64,000 bases of DNA, from assembly GCA_964016885.1 (NCBI GenBank), contig OZ024741.1, positions 86,924,001-86,988,000 on the forward strand, given 5' to 3'. Source of the stretch: Eledone cirrhosa (Eukaryota). Under the pieces are notes generated by a model. It did no database searches. It was not told the origin of the DNA and saw only the letters and a list, made by a program, of their open reading frames with translations. This document shows positions 44,395 to 59,637 of the stretch, piece after piece; the stretch's first letter is position 1; each line of letters starts with the position of its first letter. Both the position numbers and the translations under genes were made by a program.

Positions 44395-44860
44395 GTACCA
44401 GCTTGAATCAAAAGCTTTTTCGTATTTCAAGCTTTAATTGATAGTTCAAACAAATTACATACGAAAAGCGTTTATTTATAAAAATACATCCTATCATATT
44501 CTATTGTCGTTTGCCATTGTTGTGCCAAAAGCTCAGTTCCATGCTTATAACATTTGGCTGGTTTCGAGGTTAAAAAACTCACATTGTTGAACCTCCGTCC
44601 GTAGGAAGTAACCATGAGTAGGAAAAGGTGGTAATCTGATGGCGCAAGGTCTTAACTATTGACAGGGTGCGACAGCAGTTCTAGCTCCTTAAGTTACTCA
44701 AGTTTTCGTTTGGTTATATTGTGAGCGTGTGCTGGGGCATTGTCATGCTGTAGATTGATATGCCGGGTAAAGGGCTTTCAAAGCATTATATACACGCTGC
44801 AGTTGTTGAGCATAAAGGTTCACGTACACAGCATGACCACCCGGAACATGCTCAAAGTGC
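44395..44860 (-). pseudogene. mariner transposase C-terminal relic
   Basis: Minus-strand translation gives QHDNAPAH (~44730-44750) and DLAPSDYHLF (~44622-44650). Confidence 0.8.
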
Positions 44861-44902
44861 AACACTCACTTGAAATTCCACCATACACAAAACACAACCT
44901 TC

Positions 44903-45776
<874 letters not shown>

Positions 45777-45821
45777 GCACGCACACACACATGCACGCAC
45801 ACACACACACAGACATACATA

Positions 45822-45868
<47 letters not shown>

Positions 45869-45965
45869 TTATATTCCTGCTATGTAAAATATCTGATGTA
45901 TTTACATTGAGCTATTTTTCTTACTGGTAATAAGGTAGTAAGGAATTACTAACCTTTCCTGTCTA

Positions 45966-46032
<67 letters not shown>

Positions 46033-46039
<7 letters not shown>

Positions 46040-47290
46040 CAAATAACGAAACGAAATTAAATTTCGTTTCGTTTGTAACTCACTTTTGTATGACTGACGC
46101 TTAAACAATTAAGTTAAAAATGTACATCCACATATGCACACTGAAATACTAGTGTGTATATGAATACACACACGTATACATATGCAGGTGTACCAAGTCT
46201 TTCACTGGTCGCTTTACAGTGAGAGGCCCAGCTATTCTGTATGTAAACACACAGACAAACCGGTTTTTAGAGTCATACTGGTTTTCGGGGGGAACACCTT
46301 CCCTCCATTCTACAGAAAGCCAGACAAGGAACATTGGACTAGTTTCGTTGTTGTCACAACCCATCAGCAATACCTACCCATCTACCGGCCTTTCTGGAGA
46401 ATTGTAAAAGCACATATCGTTATATGCTTTTTCTATGAAAATTAGTAGTGCGCAGACTAACCTGCATAGAGTGTGAGTACGCACCGGTTCAGCGGAGACG
46501 ATAAAAACAAATAACGAAACGAAATTAAATTTCGTTTCGTTTGTAACTCACTTTTGTAAGACTGACGCTTAAACAATTAAGTTAAAAATGTACATCCACA
46601 TATGCACACTGAAATACTAGTGTGTATATGAATACAGGTGTTCCCCCCGAAAACCAGTATGACTCTAAAAACCGGTTTGTCTGTGTGTTTACATACAGAA
46701 TAGCTGGGCCGCTCACTGTAAAGCGACCAGTGAAAGACTTGGTACACCTGCATATGTATACGTGTGTGTATTCATATACACACTAGTATTTCAGTGTGCA
46801 TATGTGGATGTACATTTTTAACTTAATTGTTTAAGCGTCAGTCATACAAAAGTGAGTTACAAACGAAACGAAATTTAATTTCGTTTCGTTATTTGTTTTT
46901 ATCGTCTCCGCTGAACCGGTGCGTACTCACACTCTATGCAGGTTAGTCTGCCCACTACTAATTTTCATAGAAAAAGCATATAACGATATGTGCTTTTACA
47001 ATTCTCCAGAAAGGCCGGTAGATGGGTAGGTATTGCTGATGGGTTGTGACAACAACGAAACTAGTCCAATGTTCCTTGTCTGGCTTTCTGGAGAATGGAG
47101 GCAAGGTGTTCCCCCCGAAAACCAGCATGACTCTAAAAACCGGTTTGTCTGTGTGTTTACATACAGAATAGCTGGGCCGCTCACTGTAAAGCGACCAGTG
47201 AAAGACTTGGTACACCTGCATATGTATACGTGTGTGTATTCATATACACACTAGTATTTCAGTGTGCATATGTGGATGTACATTTTTAAC

Positions 47291-47295
<5 letters not shown>
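46033..47295. mobile_element. Retrozyme-like repeat, ~468 bp unit, tandem copies facing inverted tandem copies
   Basis: Unit restarts at 46033 and 46501; orientation flips at ~46635; (TA)n on both sides. Confidence 0.85.
47031..47071 (+). ncRNA. Minimal hammerhead, A9>G variant (mirror copy 46332-46372, minus strand)
   Basis: tattg CTGATGG gttg tgacaa caac GAAA ctag TC caatg. Confidence 0.7.
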
Positions 47296-47359
<64 letters not shown>

Positions 47360-47365
<6 letters not shown>

Positions 47366-47795
47366 ATACTTTGGGAGGGTCATGTTGCCAATAAGAAACA
47401 CACGCACCAGTTGCTTTCACTTCAATTTATTATAATAAATTTATAAATTTAGGAATTTATAAATTTCTGGTTGGTTGATTCCACAACCAGATGGTTGTTT
47501 ATATATTGTCAAAGTTCTTTCGTCACACATTCTGTGACCTCTTCAGTGACTGGGGGCTCTTTCACAGAATGTGTGACGTAAGAACTTTGACAATATATAA
47601 ACAACCATCTGGTTGTGGAACCAACCAACCAACCAGAAATTTATAAATTCCTAAATTTATAAATTTATTATAATAAATTGAAGTGAAAGCAACTGGTGCG
47701 TGTGTTTCTTATTGGCAACATGACCCTCCCAAAGTATAACAATATCGGTTTCAACACACGTTTTCAGATAAAGAATCTTGCTAAACAAATTCAGA

Positions 47796-47800
<5 letters not shown>
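47360..47800. mobile_element. Palindromic solo pLTR of the 17515-18985 PLE family
   Basis: 47360-47537 is inverted at 47563-47743 and followed by the same tail as 18925-18985; another copy at 14810-15090. Confidence 0.85.
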
Positions 47801-47828
<28 letters not shown>

Positions 47829-48417
47829 CTATTTTATATCAGTGATATATATACTATTTTATAACTGTGATTGAAACATTTTTACGTAATGTTTCAAATT
47901 TGAAATGAATTTTCATTGTCACTTTGAAAGACATTTTTATTGCTTTTGAATCGTTGTGCATCTATCAGTGAGCAGAGGAAGGATAGTTGGGATAAGGCAT
48001 ACTGTGTTTTTAATTTACTTGAATTAGGGAATATGTTTATTTCATGTGAAGATGGAGCAGTTAATCCATTATGTTGCAGTGTTATTGATATTACTTAAAA
48101 CAATCACAAAGGAATTTCAAGTAGATTAAGCACTCCCTCTTAACAGGAAATAAACATGTCCACTAATTCAATTAAATTTGAAAATACAAGAACAACTACA
48201 AACACACAGTTTCCTCTTCCGCCACCACCACTCACTCCCTCTGCAAACTAGCAACTACACAATGAATTAAAAACAATAAAACTTCCTTTCAAAATGACAT
48301 TTATAGAATGTGAAACATTATTTTTAAAACTTCTGAATTTTATCTCCATCACAGTTGTGATCAGCTGCTAGGTGTAAACTTATGTTGCAAATAACTGCTA
48401 CTTACTTATAAGATATA

Positions 48418-48770
48418 CAGTGTAGCCCCGGTATTCGCGGACTTTTCCTGAGAACCTAACTAATAATTGATCGTGGAAACCACCGCATATTCGCGAAATC
48501 GTAAATATCTTCCGCGATTATTTTATGGCTTTTTTCATGGTAATATATATATATATTTTTAATGCTAAATTATTAATAACAATATACCGCATTTGCCGGT
48601 CTATTGGACGCCCCTTCGAATAAGACGCTCCTTCTTTTTTTAAAATTAAATTTTACGTTATATTTTGACGTTTACAGGCATTTTTATAGATCCCGTCCAA
48701 TATTCGTGGGTTTTCACTTTTTAGTTGGTGTTCTAGGAAAGTAACCCCCGCGAATACCTGGGGACAACTG
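48418..48770. mobile_element. Tc1/mariner-pogo-type MITE
   Basis: TA-cagtgtagccccggtattcgcgg ... ccgcgaatacctggggacaactg-TA. Confidence 0.75.
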
Positions 48771-49144
48771 TATTATTTGCAGTCTGTATAACATGTACCA
48801 GTGTATGTTTGACAACCATCACATTATGCTAATACACACACAGACACAAACAAACACACACAGGCAAACACACAGTAACAAAGGCAGAAAGAATACTATA
48901 GACAAGTTCAAACTTGGGGTGCCGCTCCTGATTTTTAAGTTTTATTTAAGCTAACAATGACTATGGTCAGGTGTCTACAAACACACTCACACACTCACAC
49001 ATATAAGCCCTCAATCCCACACACTCACACAAACACACACTCTTATACTTATATACATATATATATAAATACACACATACACATGCATACACACACATAC
49101 ACATACATATATATGTATGTATATTCACATACATATACATACAC

Positions 49145-49227
<83 letters not shown>

Positions 49228-49748
49228 AATACATATATATATAAATACACACACACAAAATATATGTCTCACTCGCTTTACGCGTTTCACTTGTCCCAAT
49301 AGCTTATTTTAGTTATTGCTCGCACCAACCTGAGGTATCTGATTTTTAATGCGATGAAATACCAATTATGGTTGGCAAATCACTGATGAGGGACTATTTT
49401 ATAATATGTAATCCATGTGCAACCATGCAGTATTCTTCTCCCCTTGTTTTTCATATATATTTACCTAAACTGCGATTATCTGTTTCTCTCTTTCTGCTCC
49501 CCCGTTCTCTCCGTTTCTCTTACCTTCTTTCGTCCCCTCTGTCAGTTAACACTTTCTCTCGACTGACCTCTTCCTCGCACTTCCACTCACTCACGCTCTG
49601 TTTCTCCCCTTCTCACTTCCCCCCGTTCGCTAGTAGTGGGGTTCCTTCTTTCTCACACCGCATTCACGGCGGTGTGAGAAAGAAGGAACCGCTCTGCATA
49701 ATCAGCTCCTGATTATTTACTAGATTTCTATAAGAATATAACATCAAT

Positions 49749-49841
49749 GATCTCAGCAAACAGGTGGGGTAGTTGGCCTTGATAAGCTTCAACCAAAGCG
49801 AAACAAGTCTTGTCGGCTTATCTCCCCTGTTTGCTGAGATC
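49749..49841 (+). ncRNA. Hammerhead motif, U3-A8 variant, on a ~28-bp stem I
   Basis: gatctcagcaaacaggtggggtagttggc-c TTGATAA gctt caacca aagc GAAA caag TC tt-gtcggcttatctcccctgtttgctgagatc. Confidence 0.65.
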
Positions 49842-49975
49842 AAAGTGAGTGAATTTGTCACTACTTTAAAACAATAGCTTACGGTCTTCAAAATGCTTTT
49901 AATTAAGCATAAAGTGTATTGCAAAATACATTATATATACATCCATATATATATATTGCTATTTCAGGGCTCCAA

Positions 49976-50030
<55 letters not shown>

Positions 50031-50071
50031 ATGTATATATATGTATATATGTATATATATATATGTGTGTG

Positions 50072-50111
<40 letters not shown>

Positions 50112-50712
50112 GGTCACCAGTTGGTGCTACTGGTAACATGTATTCCAGTACACCTGTCTCATGGTCGGGTCGTTGGCGACTAAACTGACAACTCCACCAA
50201 GGTTTCTTGGTGAGCAGGGTGACTTTGGACATCCTGCAGGACTAAAAACAAAACCTGTAAAAGGGCAAAGGAGCTCTTAAGAGTCAATGGTCATCCAAAA
50301 TCACCGGGAGAGATGACCCCTTAGCCTTTGTCAAGGCAGAATTTTAGGAGAAGGAAAACTCTGATATAACACCTGCAACCCTGATGGTATCCAATGATGT
50401 TGACTTGTTCTTCTTTTTGGTAAAAATCATCTTGGTTAAGAAAGTGGGACTGGCTTTGTGCAGTGCCTTTGCTCACTATAAAAGCTTCACGGCACAGGCA
50501 TTGCTTTATATCTGGAGATCTCTCTGCACTTGTCGTCACATGGTACCAAGGGCCCAGCACTATGTGTCAGTAATTGTCACAAGTGTAGTGTTTGTACCAG
50601 AGTTTTCAAGTCGCTGGCTGGACTAAAAAGTCACACTCGTTCAGCGCATCGGTAGGGGTTCTCCTACATGGATATAAAGTAGTGGCCGTACTCGAAAACG
50701 AGTTGGCAGCCA

Positions 50713-50759
<47 letters not shown>

Positions 50760-50762
<3 letters not shown>

Positions 50763-51545
50763 GTGCGTATGTGTATATATGTATATACATACATGCACAC
50801 ATATATATATGAACGTATCGGTTTACCGAACATTTATTATAATGCTCGGTTTGTTTGTTTGTAAACAAACAAACAGCCCGAATTTCGCCGTACAGTGTTT
50901 AGGCAACCACGTCACCTTTTTGTTCAACACTGACACAGGAACGATATACTAGTTTCAAGCTTATTAGCTATCGTCAGCATCGTATAGCTTCTTGCCAGAT
51001 GGTTGAACGTCTGAAAGTATATACTTTCCTTATGCATATTAACGACTGAGCAGCCTCATTTGCATATCGGGTGAGTTCAGTCGGCCGGGCGCACCGAAAA
51101 CGATAAATGGAATAGAATGAAACTAAATTTCATTTCTCACTCTTAGTACGACACTTACTTAAATGTAAGTATGTATGTATGTATACGTACATACATATAT
51201 GTATACAGACGTACAGTAGTATGTATATATATACATACATGCACACATATATATATGCACGTATCGGTTTACCGAACATTTATTATAATGCTCGGTTTGT
51301 TTGTTTGTAAACAAACAAACAGCCCAAATTACGCCGTACAGCGTTTAGGCAACCACGTCACCTTTTTGTTCAACACTGATACAGGAACGATGTACTAGTT
51401 TTAAGCTTATTAGCTATCGTCAGCATCGTATACCTTCCTGCCAGATGGTTGAACGTCTGAAAGAATATACTTTCCTTATGCATATTAGTAAGTGCCGTAC
51501 TAAGAGTGAGAAATGAAATTTCGTTTCATTCTATTCCATTTATAT
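50760..51545 (-). mobile_element. Retrozyme-like tandem repeat, 446 bp period
   Basis: HHR motifs start at 50941 and 51387; ends in a short inverted segment (~51490-51542); (TA)n flanks. Confidence 0.85.
50941..50983 (-). ncRNA. Minimal type I hammerhead ribozyme (second copy 51387-51429 has GAAA>AAAA)
   Basis: Minus: acgatg CTGACGA tagct aata agctt GAAA ctag TA tatcgt. Confidence 0.85.
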
Positions 51546-51564
51546 ATATGTATATATATATATA

Positions 51565-52060
51565 TATTGGTAAAAGGAAAAGAAAATGCTGACAAATTGT
51601 TCCCAGTGAAAAATAGTTTAATTAGGAATAAGTAAAAATTAGTAATAGTATTGGTTAGTATTCAGTTTTGGTTTTAAGTTTTAAAGGTTGCGCATTTCTA
51701 ATGCTTTTCAAAAATAATTTTGAGATAGAGCGCCCGTGATGTTTGCTCTAATCTGATTAGTTTTGGAAATTCTACCTGTTTTATGTAAAAAAAAGTGGCT
51801 CCAGATGTATGAAAAATTCTTGTGGTCAAAACAATTTTGATTGGTCGGTAGAAGTCATGTGAATGTTAAAAATTGATTTTGCGCCAAAAGTAGGTTTGTC
51901 TCGGCTGATTGAGAAGTCACTGAAAAATAAGTCTTTCAAGACAAATATGTGTGTGTGTGTGTGTGTGTAGTAGTAGTGAAGAGGTTCGTTGTTGTGATAA
52001 TGGGCAGCAGGGATGTGTGTGCGAACCGAAGCCTGTTGACAGTTCAAATGCCTATTAAGA

Positions 52061-52101
<41 letters not shown>

Positions 52102-54028
52102 CAGAGTAGTTCGTGGTAGAGGGATGGTCAGATTAAAATATCCCCCACACACGTACAGAATGTGTCTGTACGTGTGTGGGGGATATTTTAACATGTTAAA
52201 AGATATTTTTCAGCCCTTGTCTTATACGGAGAAGTGTGTGTGTGTGTGTGTGTATATGTCTCTTTGTATGTTAATGTACGCGTGTGTATGTGTGTGTGTA
52301 TATATATGTGTGTGTGTGTATATATGTGTGTGTGTGTGAGAATGTGTGTGTGTGTGTGTGGGTGGACCAGTATTTTTGTGATACTGGTAAAAATGGTGTA
52401 CATTATTCGATATTTTCAGTAAAAACGATTCTCTCAATAGTACATCAAAACCTGGAATTCACCCTCTACACTAAAGTACTTAACAAATTTGGAAACACTC
52501 TCCACTTACACATAGAAAGGAACTGGAAGCGATATCTAGATGACTTCTTCATCCTTTGGCACGAAAACATCGAGAAACTTAAAGAATTTCACACCCTTAT
52601 AAATGGGCTCAACACGAATATTAACTTCACGATGGAATACAGTCATCAACAACTCCCCTTCCTCGACATCCTCATTAAGATCCATTACAAAAAAATAGAA
52701 ACAGACATATACTACAAGCCCACAGACTCCAAGCAATATATTCCTTTCAACTCTTGCCACCCTAGACACGTTAAAATTAATATTCCCTACAACTTAGCCA
52801 AGAGAATCTGTAATATAGTCTCCAATAAAAACACCTGCTACTTACGGCTACAAGAACTAAAAGACACACTCATAGGCAGGGACTACCCTGCATCACTAAT
52901 TGACAATGGAATCCAGCGTGCCCTAAAACCAAGTACCCAGGACCTTAGACACCCTAAAGTAAATCAACCGAAACTAAAAGCTCTTCCATACATCTCCACA
53001 CACAACCCCCTCAACAATGAGGCCTTTGACACAATTCTCCAGAACATCCCTGTGTTGAAAAATGACCATAGAATGAACCAAATCCTACGAACACACGATA
53101 TCATAAAGAGCAAAAAACAATCTAAGTCAATGAAAAACATCCTAACACATGCCAAAGTACTGCCAACTACAATAACGATACCCACAGTAAAAAAAATGCG
53201 ATAGACCCAACTGTGGCATATGCATCAACCTAATAGAGGGTTCAGAATTCTATTTCAAAGAAGGACAACGTTTTATAGTAAAACACAATTTCACATGCGC
53301 ATCAGAAAATCTAATATATGTATTAACTTGCTCAGGTTGTCGAGAACAATACATAGGCCAAACCAAAAACAGCCTCCGCCAACGCATGACTGTCCATAGA
53401 TCCCAAATTAAAATACGGGAATACAGGAAAATACCACTGAGTGAACACATTGATACCTGTACCGCCTAAAATCATCCCAACTTCAGAATCTTTCCCCTCT
53501 ACAAATTTAAAGATAATGCTACCCACACCCTGCGCATCAGCAAGGAATCTCACTTTATTAACAAATACGGACCCCGTCTAAACACTTCTCCCTAAGACGA
53601 ACCCACAACATACACACGTTAACATACATACCTACATCATCATACATCTCTATCCACATATAAACACAATGACATACGTAAACACACATGTTCTATGGTG
53701 CAACACAAATATACACAAATTTGCATACCTTTTGATGTCTATAGATATAAACGTGCCGACACACACACATACATATACGCACACCTGCAGCACACTGATG
53801 GGCACATACATATTTGTACACAAGTATTCCAATACGGCAAGGCCTAATCGATTCCCCTTGCAGTACGTACAATCTGGACACTCACACACACCTTGGTATT
53901 ATGCCAATACTATATATCATTTCACACCTTTTATTATTAAGGTTTTTGATGTTCTATTGAGAGAATCGTTTTTACTGAAAATATCGAATAATGTACACCA
54001 TTTTTACCGGTATCACAAAAATACTGGT

Positions 54029-54065
<37 letters not shown>

Positions 54066-54104
54066 CACACACATATATACACACACACATACACACGCGT
54101 ACAT

Positions 54105-54200
<96 letters not shown>

Positions 54201-54437
54201 CTCCGTATAAGACAAGAGCTGAAAAATATCCTTTAACATGTTAAAATATCCCCCACACACGTACAGACACATTCCTACTGACCATCCCTCTACCACGAAT
54301 TACTCTGCTACACATACACACACACACTTGTCTTAATAGGCATTTGAACTGTCAACAGGCTGCGGTTCGCACACACATCCCTGCTGACCATTATCACAAC
54401 AACGAACCTCTTAACTACTACTACTACTACTACTACT

Positions 54438-54519
<82 letters not shown>

Positions 54520-54930
54520 TTGTCTTGAAAGACTTATTTTTCAGTGACTTCTCAATCAGCCGAGACAAACCTACTTTCGGCGCAAAATCAATTTTTAACA
54601 TTCAAATGACCTCTACCGACCAATCAAAATTGTTTTGACCACAAGAATTTTTCATACATCTGGAGCCACTTTTTTTTACATAAAACAGGTAGAATTTCCA
54701 AAATTAATTAGATTAGAGCAAACATCACGGGCGCTCTATCTCAAAATTATTTTTGAAAAGCATTAGAAATGCGCAACCGGTAAAACTTAAAATCAAAACT
54801 GAATACTAACCAATACTATTACTAATTTTTACTTATTCCTAATTAAACTATTTTTCACTGGGAACAATTTGTCAGCATTTTCTTTTCCTGTTACCAATAT
54901 ATCATAACTCGTGTGTTACACCTCTATTCT
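51565..54930 (+). mobile_element. 5'-truncated PLE with inverted pLTR
   Basis: 51565-52452 is the reverse complement of ~53940-54900. Confidence 0.9.
52455..53595 (+). pseudogene. PLE RT C-terminal half plus GIY-YIG (frameshift ~53195)
   Basis: WKRYLDDFF; LPFLDILI; TDIYYKPTDSKQYIPFNSCHP; CDRPNCGIC; IYVLTCSGCREQYIGQT; FRIFPLYK. Confidence 0.92.
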
Positions 54931-55130
54931 TTTAAATATATATATATATACATATGTGTGTGTATGTATACATATGGATGTGCATGTGTATGTTTATATA
55001 TATGTGTATATATATATATAGTAAAAAATTGAACGGGAACAAACCAGAGAGGCAGTACGAACAAAGGTTTATTAGTTTCACGCTCTTGAGAGTGGGGTAT
55101 ACACATATATACACATACACATACGCACCC

Positions 55131-55154
<24 letters not shown>

Positions 55155-55161
<7 letters not shown>

Positions 55162-55313
55162 GTTACTCGATAAAACATGAAAACCAGCGTTATGTAACAA
55201 CACTCGCAGACAAGGCTTGGCAGCTGCGTGAAAATAACCAACAATTTCACCTAAAATGGGATATAATAGCGGCTGCCCCCCCCCCATATTCCCATGGACA
55301 GGAATTTTATTAA
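55155..55313 (+). pseudogene. Short PLE GIY-YIG fragment
   Basis: HRYSIKHENQRYVTTLADKAWQLRENNQQFHLKWDII resembles 7949-8100. Confidence 0.55.
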
Positions 55314-56049
55314 ATAACAGAATAGAGCGATCGTTATACTGTAACCATCGCTTAAAATCTACATTTTCATATTATAAATACTACCAGGATTGAACGCCTG
55401 TCTCTATCCCCGTTTGATTGTCAAAATAGATATTAACATTCTTTATTAGTCTTAATTCTATCAACTCTTCTATTATTTACCTTTTAATACAAACTGCTAT
55501 AGATAAAATGAGATTTCTGATTTCTTGATTCAATTCCCTAATGCATATACCAGCTGGCTACTAGCATTGATGTTATTTAGTAGCAATCGAAATCTCCCCC
55601 TTCCCCAATTGACACTTTATAATTAATACTACTGCACCAAATGACCAGCCCTGTCCACTGTCCAGTTGGTCAAGTAGAGATTAAAATTGGCACTCCCAAA
55701 ATTCTTATTTAGATTTACTCATGGTATTCTCATTAGAAACCCATTATATACTTGTTTAGCAGTAAATTAATTTACCATCTGTCATATACTATCCCCTCTG
55801 TTTCTTCCTCTATTACTAATATAAATACTTCAATTTTTCTGATTTTATCCAATTTATCCAAAATCTCTGAAGAAGTGACAACTGATTATACATTTGCTAT
55901 CGAATGCTTGCTAACATTATATGATTACGCAAGCAGCGATACATAGGTATTCAGTCTGTTACAGAAACATATGTCAATACCTAATAAGTTCCTTTTTAAA
56001 AAAAAGCACTTTCATTTTATATTCATCCTTTCTATATATATATATATAT

Positions 56050-56367
56050 ATATTGGTAAACGGAATAGAAAATGCTGACAAATTGTTCACAGTTGAAAAA
56101 TGGTTTAATTAGGAATAAAAGAGTATTAGTGATTGTATGGGTTAGTATTCAGTCGTGGTTTTAAGTTTTTAAGTTTTTACCGGTTGCGCATTTCTAAATG
56201 CTTTTCAAAAATAATTTTGAGATAGAGTGTCCGTGCTGTTTGCTTTGATCTGATTAGTTTTGGGAATTCTACCTGTTTTTATGTTAAAAAAGTGGCTCCA
56301 GCGTTACTTTGGTGTTGCAATCGAATAATGTACACCATTTTACCAGGGGGAAAAAATACTGGTCCAC

Positions 56368-56462
<95 letters not shown>

Positions 56463-56636
56463 CATCACACATACACACGCGTACATTAACATACAAAGAG
56501 ACTTATATACACACACACACACGCACTTCTCCGTATAAGACAAAAGCTGAAAAATATCTTTTGACATGCTAAAATACCCCCCATTGCTTTCAGACACATT
56601 CTTACTGACCATCCCTGCCACCACGAATTACTCTCC

Positions 56637-56704
<68 letters not shown>

Positions 56705-56776
56705 ATCTTAATAGCCATTTGACACACATCGCTGCTAACCATTATCACAACATCCAACACCTTACTACTACTACTA

Positions 56777-56856
<80 letters not shown>

Positions 56857-57385
56857 TTGTTGTGAAAGAGTCATTTCTCAATCTTGGCGCAAAACCAATT
56901 TTTTATTCACATGACCTCTACCGACCAATCAAAATTGTTTTGACCACAAGAATTTTTGCAAACACCAAGTAACGCTGGAGACACTTTTTTAACATAAAAA
57001 CAGTCTTGGCGCAAAATCAATTTTTTACATTCACATGACCTCTACCGACCAATCAAAATTGTTTTGACCACAAGAATTTTTGCAACACCAAAGTAACGCT
57101 AGAGCCACTTTTTTAACATAAAAACAGGTAGAATTCCCCAAACTAATCAGATCAGAGCAAACAGCACGGACACTCTATCTCAAAATTATTTTTGAAAAGC
57201 ATTTAGAAATGCGCAACCGGTAAAAACTTAAAAACTTAAAACCACAACTGAATACTAACCCATACAATCACTAATACTCTTTTATTCCTAATTAAACCAT
57301 TTTTCAACTGTGAACAATTTGTCAGCATTTTCTATTCCGTTTACCAATATATAATAACTTGTGTGTTACACCTCTATTCTTTTAA
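56050..57385. mobile_element. ORF-less fold-back pLTR of the 51565-54930 family
   Basis: 56050-56320 is inverted relative to 57080-57350; the middle matches 53985-54660. Confidence 0.85.
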
Positions 57386-57501
57386 CTATATATATATATA
57401 TATATATATACATACACACACACATATATATATACATATATACATATATATAATACATATATACACATACACACGCACACACACACACACATATATATAT
57501 A

Positions 57502-57537
<36 letters not shown>

Positions 57538-57720
57538 TAGTATCGGTAGAGGGTCGGACGCCATGCTTTGCAGCAAAGATTTACGGCCCTTTATGGTCTG
57601 AGTTCAAATCCTGCCGAGGTTAACTTTGTCTTTCATCCTTACGGGGGTCGATAAAATAAAGTACTAGTAATACACTGAGAAAATTGCTGGCCTTGTGCCA
57701 AAAGTAGAAAGAATAATTAT
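57538..57720 (+). mobile_element. tRNA-derived SINE
   Basis: agtatcggtagagggtcggacgcc..gagttcaaatcc..ctttcatccttacgggggtcgataaaataaagtac..gtgccaaaagtagaaagaa(tat)n. Confidence 0.85.
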
Positions 57721-58136
57721 TATTATTACTTTCAAAGTAAAGGGTGTCATGAATGGAACAAAATCAAACATATGTCTTGTCTCTAAAAACATCTCAAGAT
57801 AGAATTCAGAGAATAAAATCGAGCCTTCAGCATTATAAGAAAATGATTGAAATATATTCATACACACATAAGTGTGCACTAAGACAAATCAAAACTTAGA
57901 AGTAGACAATCTACACTGAAAAAAGATTACATAATTCGTTGAGTATCTTATTAAATTTAATAAAATATTTAAAACAAAATACCTGATAACGATCAATATA
58001 TTTCCCTCATATGTATTCTCCATAAAATTAGAATACATTTCACCAAATAACGGCGAAATTAGATATTTTGAAGTGGATCATCAGTGAGGGAATTTCAAAA
58101 TCATCTAATCTCATTCAATACAGTTTTGATATGTCT

Positions 58137-58195
<59 letters not shown>

Positions 58196-58785
58196 GGATA
58201 TATATATATATATATATAAATGAAGAATTAGAAATAGAAGCCAGGAATATCCGTCATCAGTGGTCTACTAGCCATCATAGGTATTTCTTCGCATTACAGA
58301 CCATATACCTCAAGCTAGGGCGATACAATAACTAAATTAAGTTATTGGGATAAAAAGAGTTGGGTGGAGAAAGAGAGACAGGTAAACAAGCACGAATGGT
58401 GAGGCAACAAAATGAGAAAATCAAGTCAATAATTCATTTTGAACATAAGAACTTGCGAATATTGACGAGAAGGCGAAAGACACATCTTGGCCGTGCGGGT
58501 GTGAGCGAGGAATGAATCTCGTACGGTGTGGGACGATGAAGGAAGTGAGAGAGAGGGTGAGTAGCAGAGAGTGGGTGAGTGAAAGTGTGAGGAAGAGGTT
58601 AGCCGAGAAAGGGTGACTAACAGAGGGGGTGAGTGAAAGTAAGAGGGAGAAGTAGAGAGAAGAGGGAGAGAGAAAGAGGATAGCAGTAAGGGAAGAGAAA
58701 AAGACAGGTCACAGCGAAGGGGAAAGCATATATGAATGAAAAATGGTGAGCTGTGTTGTTACATATAGGATATATATAATAAATG

Positions 58786-58897
<112 letters not shown>

Positions 58898-58921
58898 TAA
58901 CACAACAGTTAGTCCACCATA

Positions 58922-58962
58922 CCGAGAACAACTGTTTCACCTTATGCGGATCTTCAGCTCGG
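58922..58962 (-). ncRNA. Minimal hammerhead within a ~135 bp hairpin (58895-59030)
   Basis: Minus: ccgag CTGAAGA tcc gcataa ggt GAAA cagttg TT ctcgg; stem II is short. Confidence 0.65.
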
Positions 58963-59113
58963 ATTCAGCATAAGATCCGCATAAGGTGAATCAATTGTTT
59001 TCGGTATGGTGAACTAACTGTTGTGTTACTACTTCTACCAAACTCATCCCATGGACTGAGTGATCTACCACTACGGATATTACCTTCTAGTGTTCTACCC
59101 TCCTCTCTCTCCC

Positions 59114-59224
<111 letters not shown>

Positions 59225-59296
59225 GAGGCTTGTTTGCATAATTGCAAACGAATCGAATGTTATTATTAATATTCGAAAAACTCAGATTACATTTAT

Positions 59297-59328
<32 letters not shown>

Positions 59329-59594
59329 AGCGGAAAAAATGAAACGAAATTTCATTTCTCACTCTTAGTACGGCTGTTACTTAAATATAAAAGTATGTAT
59401 ACATACATACATATATGTATACAGATGTACAGTAGTATGTATATATATACATACATGCACACATATATATATGTACGTATGGATTCACCGAACATTTATT
59501 ATAATGCTCGGTGTGTTTGTAAACAAACATCCCGAATTAAGCCGTACAGTGTCTAGCAACCATCGTTGCACATTTGTTCAACACTGACAAAGGA

Positions 59595-59637
59595 ACGCTG
59601 TACTAGTTTCAAGCTTATTAGCTATCGTCAGCAACGT
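59595..59637 (-). ncRNA. Minimal type I hammerhead ribozyme
   Basis: Minus: acgttg CTGACGA tagct aata agctt GAAA ctag TA cagcgt. Confidence 0.85.

Noticed and set aside
46182-46445. 87-aa ORF present in both arms
   Set aside because: No recognisable motifs and not conserved in related arrays; its recurrence just reflects the recent inverted duplication
49330-49400. GAAA followed by CTGATGA (also 58250-58300, minus strand) as a possible type II hammerhead
   Set aside because: Could not find consistent stems in both copies by eye
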